From the IMG/VR virus record IMGVR_UViG_3300024303_004490: DNA of 64,000 nucleotides; one strand, 5' to 3'. Origin of the DNA: an uncultured virus (IMG/VR IMGVR_UViG_3300024303_004490) (lineage: Duplodnaviria; Heunggongvirae; Uroviricota; Caudoviricetes). Position 1 is the first letter of the stretch. Each line of letters begins with the position of its first letter. The position numbers and the translations under genes were made by a program. The notes beneath the pieces were generated by a model, which worked only from the letters and a program-made list of their open reading frames with translations, did no database searches and was not told the DNA's origin. Shown one piece after another: positions 1-9,594 of this stretch.

Positions 1-411
1 ATGAAACTAATTTTTTGTATTGATGACAAGAACGGCTTGATGTTTAATGGCCGCCGACAGAGCCAAGACCGAGTGTTGCGTGAACGAATTCTTAATTTAG
101 CCACAAACTCACGCCTTTGGATGAGTGATTATTCATCAAGGCAATTTACCGAAGGCGGTAACATAACAATTGATAATGATTACGTTAATAAGGCAGAAAA
201 AGACGACTACTGTTTTATCGAAGATGGTGGATACAACTTTGAAAACTGTACGGAAATAGTCCTTTATAACTGGAACCGTCATTATCCTTCTGACATACAG
301 TTTGATTTCGATTTAAAGGCAAATGGATACAAGCGTGTATCTAAAACTGATTTTGCCGGATCATCACACAAGAAAATCACAGAAGAAATCTATGTCAGAA
401 AGGATGGTTAA
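1..411 (+). CDS. small hypothetical protein with DHFR-like N-terminus
   Basis: 136 aa; the N-terminal LIFCIDDKNGLMF resembles the first strand and loop of the DHFR fold; activity unknown. Confidence 0.4.
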   Translation: MKLIFCIDDKNGLMFNGRRQSQDRVLRERILNLATNSRLWMSDYSSRQFTEGGNITIDNDYVNKAEKDDYCFIEDGGYNFENCTEIVLYNWNRHYPSDIQFDFDLKANGYKRVSKTDFAGSSHKKITEEIYVRKDG

Positions 412-413
412 TA

Positions 414-1730
414 ATGAAAAAGATAAGTAACACCCTTTCTTCTGCCTTGCAGTGGGCATTTGCAGTATTGTGTTTTTTAGGTGTTTTAGTCTATGGTTTT
501 ACCTTTGGTAGCTTTTTGATTTTGCTTGCGGGACTTATAGCAATGCCGATTAAGCCTGTTAGAAAATTCTTGAGAGAAAAACTGAAGGTAAAAACACTCG
601 TTGCTGTTCTTTTATCAATAGTTTTATTCGTTGGTGGCTGTATGGTTATGCCACAGCTTGAGACGGATGTTCCAATAGATGAAACAACAGTTACTACAAC
701 CGAAGAAGAAGAGCCAGCCACCACTGTTGCTCAAACAACCGAAGAGCTAACTTCTGAAGTTGCAACCACGGAAGAACCAACTACCGAACCAACTACCAAA
801 CCAACTACCGAACCAACTACCGAACCAACTACCGAAACAGCAACCTCCTCAATCGTAGCTAATAAAGAGAACTTAAGTTCAAATAAGGTTTCTGTTGCGG
901 ACATCCCCAATTTTTCTGGCAAAGCATATATAGCTGTAAATGGCAACAAACCATATTTCACCGAGTCTGAAATAACCTCAAAAGCCTTTGAGACTTATAC
1001 ATCTCTTGACAGTAATGGAAGATGCGGTGTTGCGATGGCTTGCTGTGGTGCAGAAATAATGCCGGGGCCCGGTGAAGAAAGAGGTAGCATAAGCAGCATA
1101 AAACCGTCCGGTTGGGTTCAAGCTCAATACGATTGTGTAAGTGGTAAATACTTATATAACCGCTGTCATCTTATTGGTTGGCAGCTCTCCGCAGAAAATG
1201 CAAACAGAAGAAATCTTATAACCGGAACAAAATATCTGAATATTGAGGGTATGCTGCCTTTTGAAAATATGGTAGCCGACTACATAAACGAAACCGGAAA
1301 CCACGTTATGTATCGAATAACCCCAATTTTCAAGGGTAACAATCTTGTAGCAAGTGGTGTGCAAATGGAAGCATACTCTGTCGAAGACGGCGGAGATGGT
1401 ATTTGCTTTAATGTTTATTGTTATAATGTTCAGCCCGGAGTTGTGATAAACTATGCTACGGGCAGTAGCTATCTTGAAGGTGGTTCTTCTGAAACCTCAA
1501 CAAAAAAAGAAACAACCACTAAGGAAACAACGACAAAGGCCCCCACTACTACAAATAGCGGTAGCCATAATGTTTCAGCTTCATACATTCTTAATACGAA
1601 TACGAAAAAAGTTCATTACCCCGGTTGTAGGTCCGTAAAACAAATGGCGGATAAAAATAAGCAAGAATATAATGGTAGCCTCGATGACATCTTGTCTCGT
1701 GGATATACAACTTGTGGGAACTGTTTCTAA
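414..1730 (+). CDS. membrane-anchored DNA/RNA non-specific endonuclease with Thr/Pro linker and C-terminal Ada-like Cys/His metal-binding domain
   Basis: N-terminal TM helices; YNRCHLIG..NLITGTKYLN nuclease motif; C-terminal HYPGC..CGNC. Confidence 0.8.
   Translation: MKKISNTLSSALQWAFAVLCFLGVLVYGFTFGSFLILLAGLIAMPIKPVRKFLREKLKVKTLVAVLLSIVLFVGGCMVMPQLETDVPIDETTVTTTEEEEPATTVAQTTEELTSEVATTEEPTTEPTTKPTTEPTTEPTTETATSSIVANKENLSSNKVSVADIPNFSGKAYIAVNGNKPYFTESEITSKAFETYTSLDSNGRCGVAMACCGAEIMPGPGEERGSISSIKPSGWVQAQYDCVSGKYLYNRCHLIGWQLSAENANRRNLITGTKYLNIEGMLPFENMVADYINETGNHVMYRITPIFKGNNLVASGVQMEAYSVEDGGDGICFNVYCYNVQPGVVINYATGSSYLEGGSSETSTKKETTTKETTTKAPTTTNSGSHNVSASYILNTNTKKVHYPGCRSVKQMADKNKQEYNGSLDDILSRGYTTCGNCF
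774..833 (+). repeat. 5 x 12-bp tandem repeat (GAACCAACTACC) encoding an EPTT linker
   Basis: read directly; one copy begins AAACC. Confidence 0.9.
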
Positions 1731-1735
1731 AACAA

Positions 1736-1775
1736 AGGCTCGATGGTAGAAAATATCAACGAGCCTATTATTTTT
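1736..1775. terminator. hairpin terminator between converging genes
   Basis: AGGCTCG...CGAGCCT followed by a T-rich tract. Confidence 0.6.
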
Positions 1776-3355
1776 TATATAGTAACTTCCGTTCCTCCTT
1801 TGAAGAAAAACTGCATCTTCTCATCGTGATATATTACAACCCTGTCAATCATATGTAACCACAGCCTTTCATCAAAATCTGTGAGGGGCTCATCGTTTTC
1901 TTTTAACTGGAACATAAATGCGCCTATAGCTTCAGCTTGTTCTTCTTTACGCTGCCTTTCCGCTTCAAGGGATTTAAGGCTTTTTACGGCTTTGGAATGC
2001 CTTGTTTCAAGTTTAGAATACTTGTGGGAAAACTCCTCCTGGTCTTGCGCCTTCATAGTATTTTCTATTATTGCTTTTTTTATAAGTTCTTCTATTATTT
2101 CTATGTCCGAATACAACTCCTCGATTTTTTCATCAATTTCAGTTGTATCGGTTAGTACTTCTTGCATAATTCTGCAGTTTTCAAGCAGCTCATCACGCTG
2201 TGAAAGGAGTTTATTAAAAGCTGTAATAAAGGCAGTACGTATTGCTTCTTCATCCAGGTGCGATGTGCTGCAATGCTCACCATTTTTGAATTTATTATTA
2301 CATTGCCATATTGTTCTTCGGTATTTACTGTTAGAGTGCCATACCTTTGAACCATAGTAACCACCACAATCACCGCAAACTATGCGAGTTGAAAAAATGC
2401 TGTTACCACTGTAACTTTTTCCCATTTCTTTTCTTCTCTTTAATTCCAGTTGAACTGCTTCGAAGATTTCAGGGGAAACAATAGCTTCGTGGCTGTGTTC
2501 AATATAGTACTGCGGAACTTCGCCTTCATTCTTTTTCATTTTTTTCGTAAGGAAATCCAAGGTATATTCCTTTTGCAATATTGCCGAACCTTTGTATTTT
2601 TCATTCTGCAAAATGCTTGAAATTGTGGAAGGACGCCATTTGGTTTTTCCCGCCGGTGTAGGTATCCCTTCTTGGGTTAAAATATTTGCTATCATACAAG
2701 GAGTTTTTCCATTCAAGAATTCCTTGTATATTCTTCTCACAATTACTGCCTGGCTTTCGTTAACTATTGGAAAATCACCATTACCTTTTTCAAACCCAAG
2801 GAAGTGGCTATACGGAAGTGTAACCTTACCATCGGCGAATCGCTTTCTTTGGCCCCAAGTAATATTCTCGGAAATTGACCTGCTTTCTTCCTGTGCAATT
2901 GAGGACATAATTGTTATAAGAAGTTCACCGCTTGTGTCGAGGGTATGGATGTTTTCTTTTTCAAAAAACACCTCAACACCGATTTCCTTAAGCGTTCTAA
3001 CGGTTGTAAGAGTATCAACGGTATTTCTTGCGAATCTACTAATTGATTTGGTTACAATGAGGTCGATTTTGCCTGCTTCAGCATCATCTATCATTTCTTG
3101 AAATCCGTATCTCTTTTTAATGTTCGTTCCTGAAATACCCTCATCGGTGTATACTTTTACGAAATCCCAGTCTTCATGGGAATTAATATAGTTAGTGTAA
3201 TAATCTATTTGGGCAACATAACTCGTTTTTTGTTCCTCGCTGTCAGTTGAAACACGAGCGTAAGCTGCAACCTTTCTTCGTTTGTTTTCAGCTAATAATC
3301 TTCTTGTTTTTGGGTCTTTTATGGCTGGTATTATCTGAACTATTCTTTCTTTCAT
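1775..3355 (-). CDS. large serine recombinase (resolvase, recombinase, Zn-ribbon and coiled-coil domains)
   Basis: YARVSTD catalytic motif; TKSISRFARN; CGDCG..WQC Zn ribbon. Confidence 0.95.
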   Translation of the reverse strand: MKERIVQIIPAIKDPKTRRLLAENKRRKVAAYARVSTDSEEQKTSYVAQIDYYTNYINSHEDWDFVKVYTDEGISGTNIKKRYGFQEMIDDAEAGKIDLIVTKSISRFARNTVDTLTTVRTLKEIGVEVFFEKENIHTLDTSGELLITIMSSIAQEESRSISENITWGQRKRFADGKVTLPYSHFLGFEKGNGDFPIVNESQAVIVRRIYKEFLNGKTPCMIANILTQEGIPTPAGKTKWRPSTISSILQNEKYKGSAILQKEYTLDFLTKKMKKNEGEVPQYYIEHSHEAIVSPEIFEAVQLELKRRKEMGKSYSGNSIFSTRIVCGDCGGYYGSKVWHSNSKYRRTIWQCNNKFKNGEHCSTSHLDEEAIRTAFITAFNKLLSQRDELLENCRIMQEVLTDTTEIDEKIEELYSDIEIIEELIKKAIIENTMKAQDQEEFSHKYSKLETRHSKAVKSLKSLEAERQRKEEQAEAIGAFMFQLKENDEPLTDFDERLWLHMIDRVVIYHDEKMQFFFKGGTEVTI

Positions 3356-4659
3356 CTGTGTGCTCCTTTTCTCATCAATTCAGCTTGTCTTGCTCTTTCT
3401 TTCATTTCAGGTGTCCAACTGTCTTTTCGTGAAATAGGGACCCAGGTTTTCGTGACCGCATCTCCGTTTTTTAAGAAAAAAACTACTTTATAGTTATTTT
3501 CAATTTTAATTTGCTTAATCTGTGCCTTGATGTATTCTTCGTCGAAAAAATCTATACCCAGGATATCCAAGGTTAAGGTTTTCAGCGTCTCTTCCGGGAT
3601 AGCCTTTGAAGCACAGATGCTTTTTCCTTTGGTGTTATAAGTGTTGCAAATATAAACTACTCTTTTGCTCGTCACTTTTCTTCTATAGGTGTCACCGCAG
3701 TTGCCACAAACAAGCAATCCCGAAAAAGTATAAAGGTTCTTTTTTCTTCCCTTTGGTGAATGCTTGTCAGCTCTCCGTATTAATTCTGCTTGAACCAGGT
3801 CAAATTCTTCCTGGCTGACAATAGCCGGATGACTGTTTTCAACATAATATTGCTGCTTTTCACCATTGTTATATACTTTTTTCTTTGTGATGTGGTTTTC
3901 TATGTATGTTGTCTGCAACATCAAATTTCCGGTATAAGAAAGGTTTTGAAGAATGCACCTTACGCTTGATTTACCCCAGGGTTTCTCATGTCTTGTTTTT
4001 GCTCCTTGTAAATTCAGCGTTTGGGCTATAGCTTCAAGCCCCATACCATCAAGGAAAGAAGTGAAAATAAACCTTACTGTTTCAGCTTCTTTTGGTTCAA
4101 TTTCAAATTCACCATTTTTACATCTGTAGCCGAGCATTGTGCAGTTCCAGGGCAGTCCTTTTTCAAAATTCTGCTTCACCCTCCATTTTTGGTTTTGGCT
4201 CACAGAAAGACTCTCTTCCTGGGCAAACGATGCAAGGATGGTGAGGAGCAATTCTCCAGCACCACTCATTGTATGAATGTTCTGTTCTTCAAAAAACACA
4301 TCAACACCGAGTTCTTTTAGCTCTCGAACCGTCTGCAATAAGGTCAGCGTATTGCGAGCAAATCGTGATATGGACTTGGTTACTATCATATCAATTTTTC
4401 CTTTTCGGCAGTCATCAATCATCCTCTGAAACCCTTCACGATTAACCTTTGTACCGCTGATTGCTTCATCGGTATAAATTCCGGCAAAAGACCATTCGGG
4501 GTTGGACTGTATGAAACTGTTATAATAACTGATTTGTGCTGCCAAAGAATGAAGCATTGCATCTTTACCAGAAGACACCCTGGTATACGCAGCAACTTTC
4601 TTTAGCCTTGCAATGCTCAATGTATCAAACGCTACCCGTTCAATTACTCTTTCCATCAA
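3352..4659 (-). CDS. second large serine recombinase
   Basis: YTRVSSG; TKSISRFARN; CGNCG Zn ribbon; ATGA overlap with the downstream recombinase. Confidence 0.93.
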   Translation of the reverse strand: MMERVIERVAFDTLSIARLKKVAAYTRVSSGKDAMLHSLAAQISYYNSFIQSNPEWSFAGIYTDEAISGTKVNREGFQRMIDDCRKGKIDMIVTKSISRFARNTLTLLQTVRELKELGVDVFFEEQNIHTMSGAGELLLTILASFAQEESLSVSQNQKWRVKQNFEKGLPWNCTMLGYRCKNGEFEIEPKEAETVRFIFTSFLDGMGLEAIAQTLNLQGAKTRHEKPWGKSSVRCILQNLSYTGNLMLQTTYIENHITKKKVYNNGEKQQYYVENSHPAIVSQEEFDLVQAELIRRADKHSPKGRKKNLYTFSGLLVCGNCGDTYRRKVTSKRVVYICNTYNTKGKSICASKAIPEETLKTLTLDILGIDFFDEEYIKAQIKQIKIENNYKVVFFLKNGDAVTKTWVPISRKDSWTPEMKERARQAELMRKGAHR

Positions 4660-4682
4660 AAATCACCTCCTTGGTATGACAC

Positions 4683-4713
4683 ATATTACCTCTGTTATCT
4701 ATTATTATCCAGT
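4683..4713 (-). promoter_or_regulatory. promoter motif ACTGGATA-N17-TAATAT upstream of the recombinases
   Basis: same hexamers and spacing as copies at 29455, 30524, 32377 and 33470. Confidence 0.7.
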
Positions 4714-4716
4714 AAA

Positions 4717-4875
4717 TTACAAACATAAAGTACACGAATTTAAGCCGTATTTTTTGAGCATAATTGTATCAATTTTGTCGTACTCTTCTTCGTTTATTAT
4801 GCCTTTTTCAAGCATAGATTTAGCCAAAGACATCGTAACAATGTACGCATTTTTCTTCTCATTCAGATCTAACAT
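4717..4875 (-). CDS. 52-aa SHOCT-like protein (not in ORF track)
   Basis: MLDLNEKK...MLEKGIINEEEYDKID; GAAAGGGTG RBS; overlaps the end of the upstream gene. Confidence 0.65.
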   Translation of the reverse strand: MLDLNEKKNAYIVTMSLAKSMLEKGIINEEEYDKIDTIMLKKYGLNSCTLCL

Positions 4876-5248
4876 CGTTTTCACCCTTTCTTATGTGGTC
4901 AAGGTAGCAGTCACGGCTGCAATATTTTTGTGAGGGACGTTTAATCGGCAAAAAACTCTGTCCGCAATGTTCACAGAACTTAGGTTTAATAAATCGATGC
5001 TTTATTATTTTTCTATTTCGATTCCACCATTTTGTTTTGCACTCCTCTGAACAGTATTTTTTCGACTTTCTGCCTGGTGTTTGAACGATAGGTTCACCAC
5101 AATATCTGCATTTGCCACTGCCGACCTTATTTCGGGTACAATATGATTTTATGGTTCCGGTAGGAAGATTAAGCTCAATTGCGATTGCTTTATAGCCTTT
5201 ACCCTTGGAGCGTAAATCCCATATCTTTTTTTCTTCAAGTTCGGTCAT
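4859..5248 (-). CDS. HTH plus Cys-rich Zn-finger protein (possible recombination directionality or regulatory factor)
   Basis: KGYKAIAIELNLPTGTIKSY HTH; CxxC and YCSxxC repeats. Confidence 0.7.
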   Translation of the reverse strand: MTELEEKKIWDLRSKGKGYKAIAIELNLPTGTIKSYCTRNKVGSGKCRYCGEPIVQTPGRKSKKYCSEECKTKWWNRNRKIIKHRFIKPKFCEHCGQSFLPIKRPSQKYCSRDCYLDHIRKGENDVRSE

Positions 5249-5261
5249 AACAGCACCTCCT

Positions 5262-5326
5262 TCACCATATGGAGAAAAAGAGAGTTTTTGTCAGGGTGTT
5301 TTATAGCTGTTTTCAGAATTTTTTTA
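5262..5326 (-). promoter_or_regulatory. repeat copy A of a putative phage-sigma promoter
   Basis: ungapped near-identity to 48550-48614. Confidence 0.7.
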
Positions 5327-5339
5327 TAAAAATGGGTAA

Positions 5340-5380
5340 AAAAATATACCCATCGAGGTTTTTACACCTTAATGGGTATC
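5340..5380 (-). terminator. terminator after the moron
   Basis: ATACCCAT...ATGGGTAT stem with a T tract on the minus strand. Confidence 0.6.
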
Positions 5381-5393
5381 CGAATCGGTATTA

Positions 5394-5552
5394 TCAGAAC
5401 AATTTCCCGACAATCCATAAAATACATATAATAGCAACTATCCAAACTAAAAGGTTCGCATTCTCACCACTACCATTTCCACCGCTTTTATTACTGCCTC
5501 CGTTATTGGAAGATGTCATCTTAAAAGCATAAAAATCGTTTAGATCAGGCAT
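5394..5552 (-). CDS. 52-aa single-TM membrane peptide coupled to the upstream moron gene
   Basis: ATG overlaps the end of 5545..7497 with a GAGG RBS; Gly/Asn linker then LLVWIVAIICILWIVGKLF. Confidence 0.6.
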   Translation of the reverse strand: MPDLNDFYAFKMTSSNNGGSNKSGGNGSGENANLLVWIVAIICILWIVGKLF

Positions 5553-7497
5553 TGGTTTCCTCTGTGCAATCTTCAACCATCGCTTCAAGAATTGTTTCAC
5601 CCGAAGGTAAGGCGAAGGGTTCTCTCTCACTTATAACGGAGTCAAAGTAAGGGGTAAGAAAAACACGGATGGTTTCTTCTTGTTTCTCTGCTTTTAATAT
5701 TTTACCAAACAACGGCTTGAATTCTTTTTGTGGAATTTCATCGAGCTTTTCGATGAGCTTATCCATTTCAGTGGCATCGAGCAAATATTCACCAATTAAG
5801 CACGATACTACTGCATTGAAAAGTCTGCCGATTATTTCAGCATCATCTTCTCGTAGCGCATCGCCCACGAGGTCTATGGCTTTCGAGCTTACCATACCAC
5901 CAACAAAACCACCAACGATTCCGACTGCTGTTCCTACACCGGGAGCAACAGCTGTTCCGGCTGCCCCCGCAACTTTGGCGGCAACAACCCCGGCGGCTAA
6001 AGCACCACCAGCTCCACCTGCGATAGAGCCAATAAGTACAGACATATTTTTGGCATATTGCGCCACAGAAATTTTTCTTGAAGCAACCTTATATGTTTCA
6101 GGAATTGAAAAAACGGCAAAAGAAAGAGCCGAGGTTACAGCATTGCTTCGAAGAATTTTTGCTAAATGTTTTGATGCGGCAATACCATAAATTGCACTTT
6201 TACCGGACAGCGCCCTTATGCCATTTACGATAGTAGCTGATGCCTGGAAACCTAACTTTTGAACAACAAACTGACTTGGGGCCATTAATGCGTTGGCAAG
6301 TCCCGTTCTTGCAATCTGCGAAACAACCATATGTTGAACGAAAGAAATACCGAACACTTGAAGACCGGCAGAAACACCTGCCTTAACAGCCTCCTTAATA
6401 TCCCCGGTTCTGCGCCAGGTAAGAAAAACTGTAGCAACGAAGGTTATACCAAAAGCACAGCTACAAATAACGGCTCCGGTTGCAGCATCATAAGCAATAG
6501 ATTCAACCGTGCCAGGCTTTGTGAGATTTACAGCCTGTTTATATGTTAATCGTCCTTTGCGAACAATCTTTTTTGCATCAGCAGGGTCAGTAACACCTGG
6601 AACCTTTCCTTGCTTGATTTTCATTTCAAACCTATTAAGGACAGCCTCGTATTGGTCTTTGGGAACTTCAAGCTGCATAGGCTTATTACCATTCATATAA
6701 CGATACATTCCTGTTTCGCTACTGAAACAAGCCTCGCAAGAGCCTGTTGCTGATTTGTAGTATTTTGTCTGTATAAAAGCTCTGTCTACCCAACGGTCAG
6801 CACCATCTTTTGCATTATCTCTACCTATAACAAAAGCCTCATGCCCCAACATTTTATCCATTATTGTAATTGCTTCTTCCGCCATTTCACCATGTCCGGC
6901 AGGAGAATTGATAGCAGACTTCTGTTCAACAAAAACTGCTGAATCTGCTGATTGCCACGCAGCGACATCAAGAGGTACAACTTTAGCAAGTAATTCTTCG
7001 ATGTCTCGGTCTTCCATAAGGAAATCAAAAGCGTCGGGCTCATCGGTTGCTTTGCTTGATTCGGCTAAAGATTTACATCCATTTATAAAATGTTCTGTAC
7101 ATTGGGGTTCAACCATCAAGGCTCTGTTTTCTTCAGCGTCATCACTAACGAACCAAGATGGCTCAAAATCCTCCCAACGATAGTAGAAAAGGTGCGATTT
7201 TGCTTTTTCCTTTTTACCATCTTTGTTTTTTACCTTTTTGGCTATAACATCAACATTGGTTTTTATGAAAACGCCCTCATCGGTGCAGACTATACCACTT
7301 GGGCGCAAATCAAACTCTGCATCTGCCCACAATATCTGTTGCTCTCTTGGAATGGGAAAAATCTCTTTTATTTTTGACTTTTTTCCTTTGTTAAGTTCAA
7401 CGGGTGATTTACCAAGGGCATCAACAACTATTTGAGCCATTGGGTGTAACTCTGCAGAAATTTCTGTTGCATTGTCAGGAGTTTCTTTCGTAGCCAT
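5545..7497 (-). CDS. moron: YeeR-like protein with putative nuclease-like (E..D..QxK) domain and hydrophobic glycine-zipper C-terminus
   Basis: GHGEMAE..GADRWV..IQTKYY..MQLEVPKDQY..GKVPGVTDP matches my recollection of E. coli CP4-44 YeeR-family sequence; has its own promoter and terminator. Confidence 0.6.
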   Translation of the reverse strand: MATKETPDNATEISAELHPMAQIVVDALGKSPVELNKGKKSKIKEIFPIPREQQILWADAEFDLRPSGIVCTDEGVFIKTNVDVIAKKVKNKDGKKEKAKSHLFYYRWEDFEPSWFVSDDAEENRALMVEPQCTEHFINGCKSLAESSKATDEPDAFDFLMEDRDIEELLAKVVPLDVAAWQSADSAVFVEQKSAINSPAGHGEMAEEAITIMDKMLGHEAFVIGRDNAKDGADRWVDRAFIQTKYYKSATGSCEACFSSETGMYRYMNGNKPMQLEVPKDQYEAVLNRFEMKIKQGKVPGVTDPADAKKIVRKGRLTYKQAVNLTKPGTVESIAYDAATGAVICSCAFGITFVATVFLTWRRTGDIKEAVKAGVSAGLQVFGISFVQHMVVSQIARTGLANALMAPSQFVVQKLGFQASATIVNGIRALSGKSAIYGIAASKHLAKILRSNAVTSALSFAVFSIPETYKVASRKISVAQYAKNMSVLIGSIAGGAGGALAAGVVAAKVAGAAGTAVAPGVGTAVGIVGGFVGGMVSSKAIDLVGDALREDDAEIIGRLFNAVVSCLIGEYLLDATEMDKLIEKLDEIPQKEFKPLFGKILKAEKQEETIRVFLTPYFDSVISEREPFALPSGETILEAMVEDCTEETNA

Positions 7498-7604
7498 AAT
7501 AAGCCTCCGTTTTCTTTGATACTTTAATTATATAATTTTTTTCAGCGAAATCAATAGGTGTGTGCGTTAGTAGATAGTCAAGTCCTATAAAACGGACTCA
7601 CAAA

Positions 7605-7650
7605 ACAAAAAAAAAACGCCCACCGAACCGGTTAAGGCACGATGGGCGTA
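7605..7650 (-). terminator. terminator downstream of the endolysin
   Basis: ACGCCCA...TGGGCGT stem plus long T tract on the minus strand. Confidence 0.7.
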
Positions 7651-7654
7651 ATGG

Positions 7655-8728
7655 TTAGTTGGGGATTTTAAGTTTCTGACCCTCATAAATTGTATCGTTC
7701 TTGAGATTGTTGAGCTTTACAATTTCGGTATATCTTAAACCGCTGCCGAGCTTGGCTTTGGCAATATCCCAAAGGGTATCATTTTCTTTCACTGTGTAAG
7801 TAGTATACGCAGGAGTGGTTGTAGTTGTGGTTGTAGTCTTACCCACAAGCGTGAGATTTTCAATAGCTACCCAGGTGTTAATACCATCCTCGGTCTTTCC
7901 GGTCTTTTTATTAACCTTTTCACCAAGAAGAACACAAGTCTTGCCGCCCTTCTTCACAGCCTTGCCATTCGACTTGGTCTGTGTAACGATGTGGTAATAA
8001 TCATCCTTTACCCATTCGGGAATAGTAGAAGAAGAAGGATTGTACTTCTTTGCAGATTCCTTAAATGCGACCTTTGTGCCTTCCTTGAATGTAGCCTTCG
8101 AGGTGGTGGTTGTTCCCGTTGTAGGTGTCGCAGGCTTTGTTGTAGTTGATGTTTCGGTCTTTTTATCTGCATCAAGAGCTTTCTTGACGTCTGCTCTGAA
8201 GGTATCCATAGACTTACCATGTTTGGGAAACCAATGCATAACATCACCGTGGTTAGTAGCGATACCTTTCTTATAACCTTCGCTGTGGCAGATAATGTTA
8301 TCAGCTGTAAGACCGTAGAGTTTGCAGAGATATACACAGAGTTCAACAGCTTCTTTGTAAACCTTATTGAAGTAGGTCTTATCGGTAAGACCATCCTCGC
8401 AGATTTCAAAGCCGATGTGTGTGTTGTTGGCAGCCCCACCTGCGTGCCAGCCTCTGTGGTCCCAAGGCAATGTTTGGTACGTCGCAATGCTGCCATCCTT
8501 GAGTTTACCGATAAAAGCGTGACAGCAAATCTGTCTGCCACCGGGGGTATAAGTATTCCAGTGGTTACCATAGGTGTTTACACCAAGGTAACCATCATCA
8601 GGACCGACATAACGCTTCAACCAGGGGTTATTAGCCCCGGTTGAATGAACCATTATGCCTTTGACCTTGATTTTCTGATTCGCCTTGTAACAGGCGTTGT
8701 TAGTGAGAATCTGTTTCTTCAGTTCCAT
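7655..8728 (-). CDS. endolysin: N-acetylmuramoyl-L-alanine amidase with C-terminal LysM
   Basis: IMVHST..HAFIG..GWHAG..IGFEICE; YTVKENDTLWDIA LysM; start reassigned to MELKKQ. Confidence 0.9.
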   Translation of the reverse strand: MELKKQILTNNACYKANQKIKVKGIMVHSTGANNPWLKRYVGPDDGYLGVNTYGNHWNTYTPGGRQICCHAFIGKLKDGSIATYQTLPWDHRGWHAGGAANNTHIGFEICEDGLTDKTYFNKVYKEAVELCVYLCKLYGLTADNIICHSEGYKKGIATNHGDVMHWFPKHGKSMDTFRADVKKALDADKKTETSTTTKPATPTTGTTTTSKATFKEGTKVAFKESAKKYNPSSSTIPEWVKDDYYHIVTQTKSNGKAVKKGGKTCVLLGEKVNKKTGKTEDGINTWVAIENLTLVGKTTTTTTTTPAYTTYTVKENDTLWDIAKAKLGSGLRYTEIVKLNNLKNDTIYEGQKLKIPN

Positions 8729-9143
8729 TGCTGTTTTCCTCGTCTTTCTCTTCTTCGTTAATCTGTTCGAGAATTTCCTTGAGCTTCTTGGGGTAAGGCA
8801 TACCGAGAGTTGCCGTGTTCTCAAGAATTGAAATACCTTCATTCGACAGATAGAAGAAGATAACTGCCGAGCGAAGAACCCCTGCATCACCGAGAATGTA
8901 AACATCAAGGATATTGCCTACACCCACGAGTAGGAAAATAAGCACCTTTTTGAAGATGCCCGTAAAACCTACTCTGCTTGAGAGGGTTTTGTTGCTGATG
9001 GCTACCATAATGCCACTCACATAATCGATTACCACAAAGGCAATGAGGGCATAAAGGAAACCATCAAAGCCTCCGAGGAACCAACCTACGACTCCACCGA
9101 AAGCTGTGAATGCTGCTTGAATTACTGTCCAGATGTTTTTCAT
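8700..9143 (-). CDS. phage holin
   Basis: hydrophobic; DYVSG and NEGISILEN motifs; adjacent to the lysin. Confidence 0.9.
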   Translation of the reverse strand: MKNIWTVIQAAFTAFGGVVGWFLGGFDGFLYALIAFVVIDYVSGIMVAISNKTLSSRVGFTGIFKKVLIFLLVGVGNILDVYILGDAGVLRSAVIFFYLSNEGISILENTATLGMPYPKKLKEILEQINEEEKDEENSNGTEETDSH

Positions 9144-9212
9144 AGTTTTTTGCCTCCTTTGACAAAAATTTTTTATATTAAAAAAGGCACCCTGGACGAG
9201 TACCTAATTTCC

Positions 9213-9581
9213 TTATGTTAGCCAACCGGGTCTTTCCGGTATTAGCAAGGTTTCTGTAACATCAAGCCAGGCTTGATACCACAATTGAAGTTCTGCAACT
9301 TGCGTTTCTGAAAGCATCTCATACCATAGTTGGCCTCTGTTAATAATTGGAAAGCACTGCTGTTCTCTCTCAAAACGAAGGTCATCAAGGATATGCTGAT
9401 TGTCAAGTTGTAAGCGTTTATCTTCATCAAAAATAAGAACACCATCTTTTACTTGATAGGCTTCGAAGTTCACTTCAAAGTGTTCAAGGTCAGAAGGTGC
9501 TTCAATTTCTATTCCGTTTGTTAGATTCCCTATTTCGGCATAGCTTTGAACATAGCCGTTTTCATTGATGCGTATTTGCAT
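9213..9581 (-). CDS. small tail-associated protein (possible fibre chaperone)
   Basis: follows the RBP gene; C-terminal WYQAWLDVT..PERPGW. Confidence 0.5.
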   Translation of the reverse strand: MQIRINENGYVQSYAEIGNLTNGIEIEAPSDLEHFEVNFEAYQVKDGVLIFDEDKRLQLDNQHILDDLRFEREQQCFPIINRGQLWYEMLSETQVAELQLWYQAWLDVTETLLIPERPGWLT

Positions 9582-9594
9582 TTTTTATTTCACC

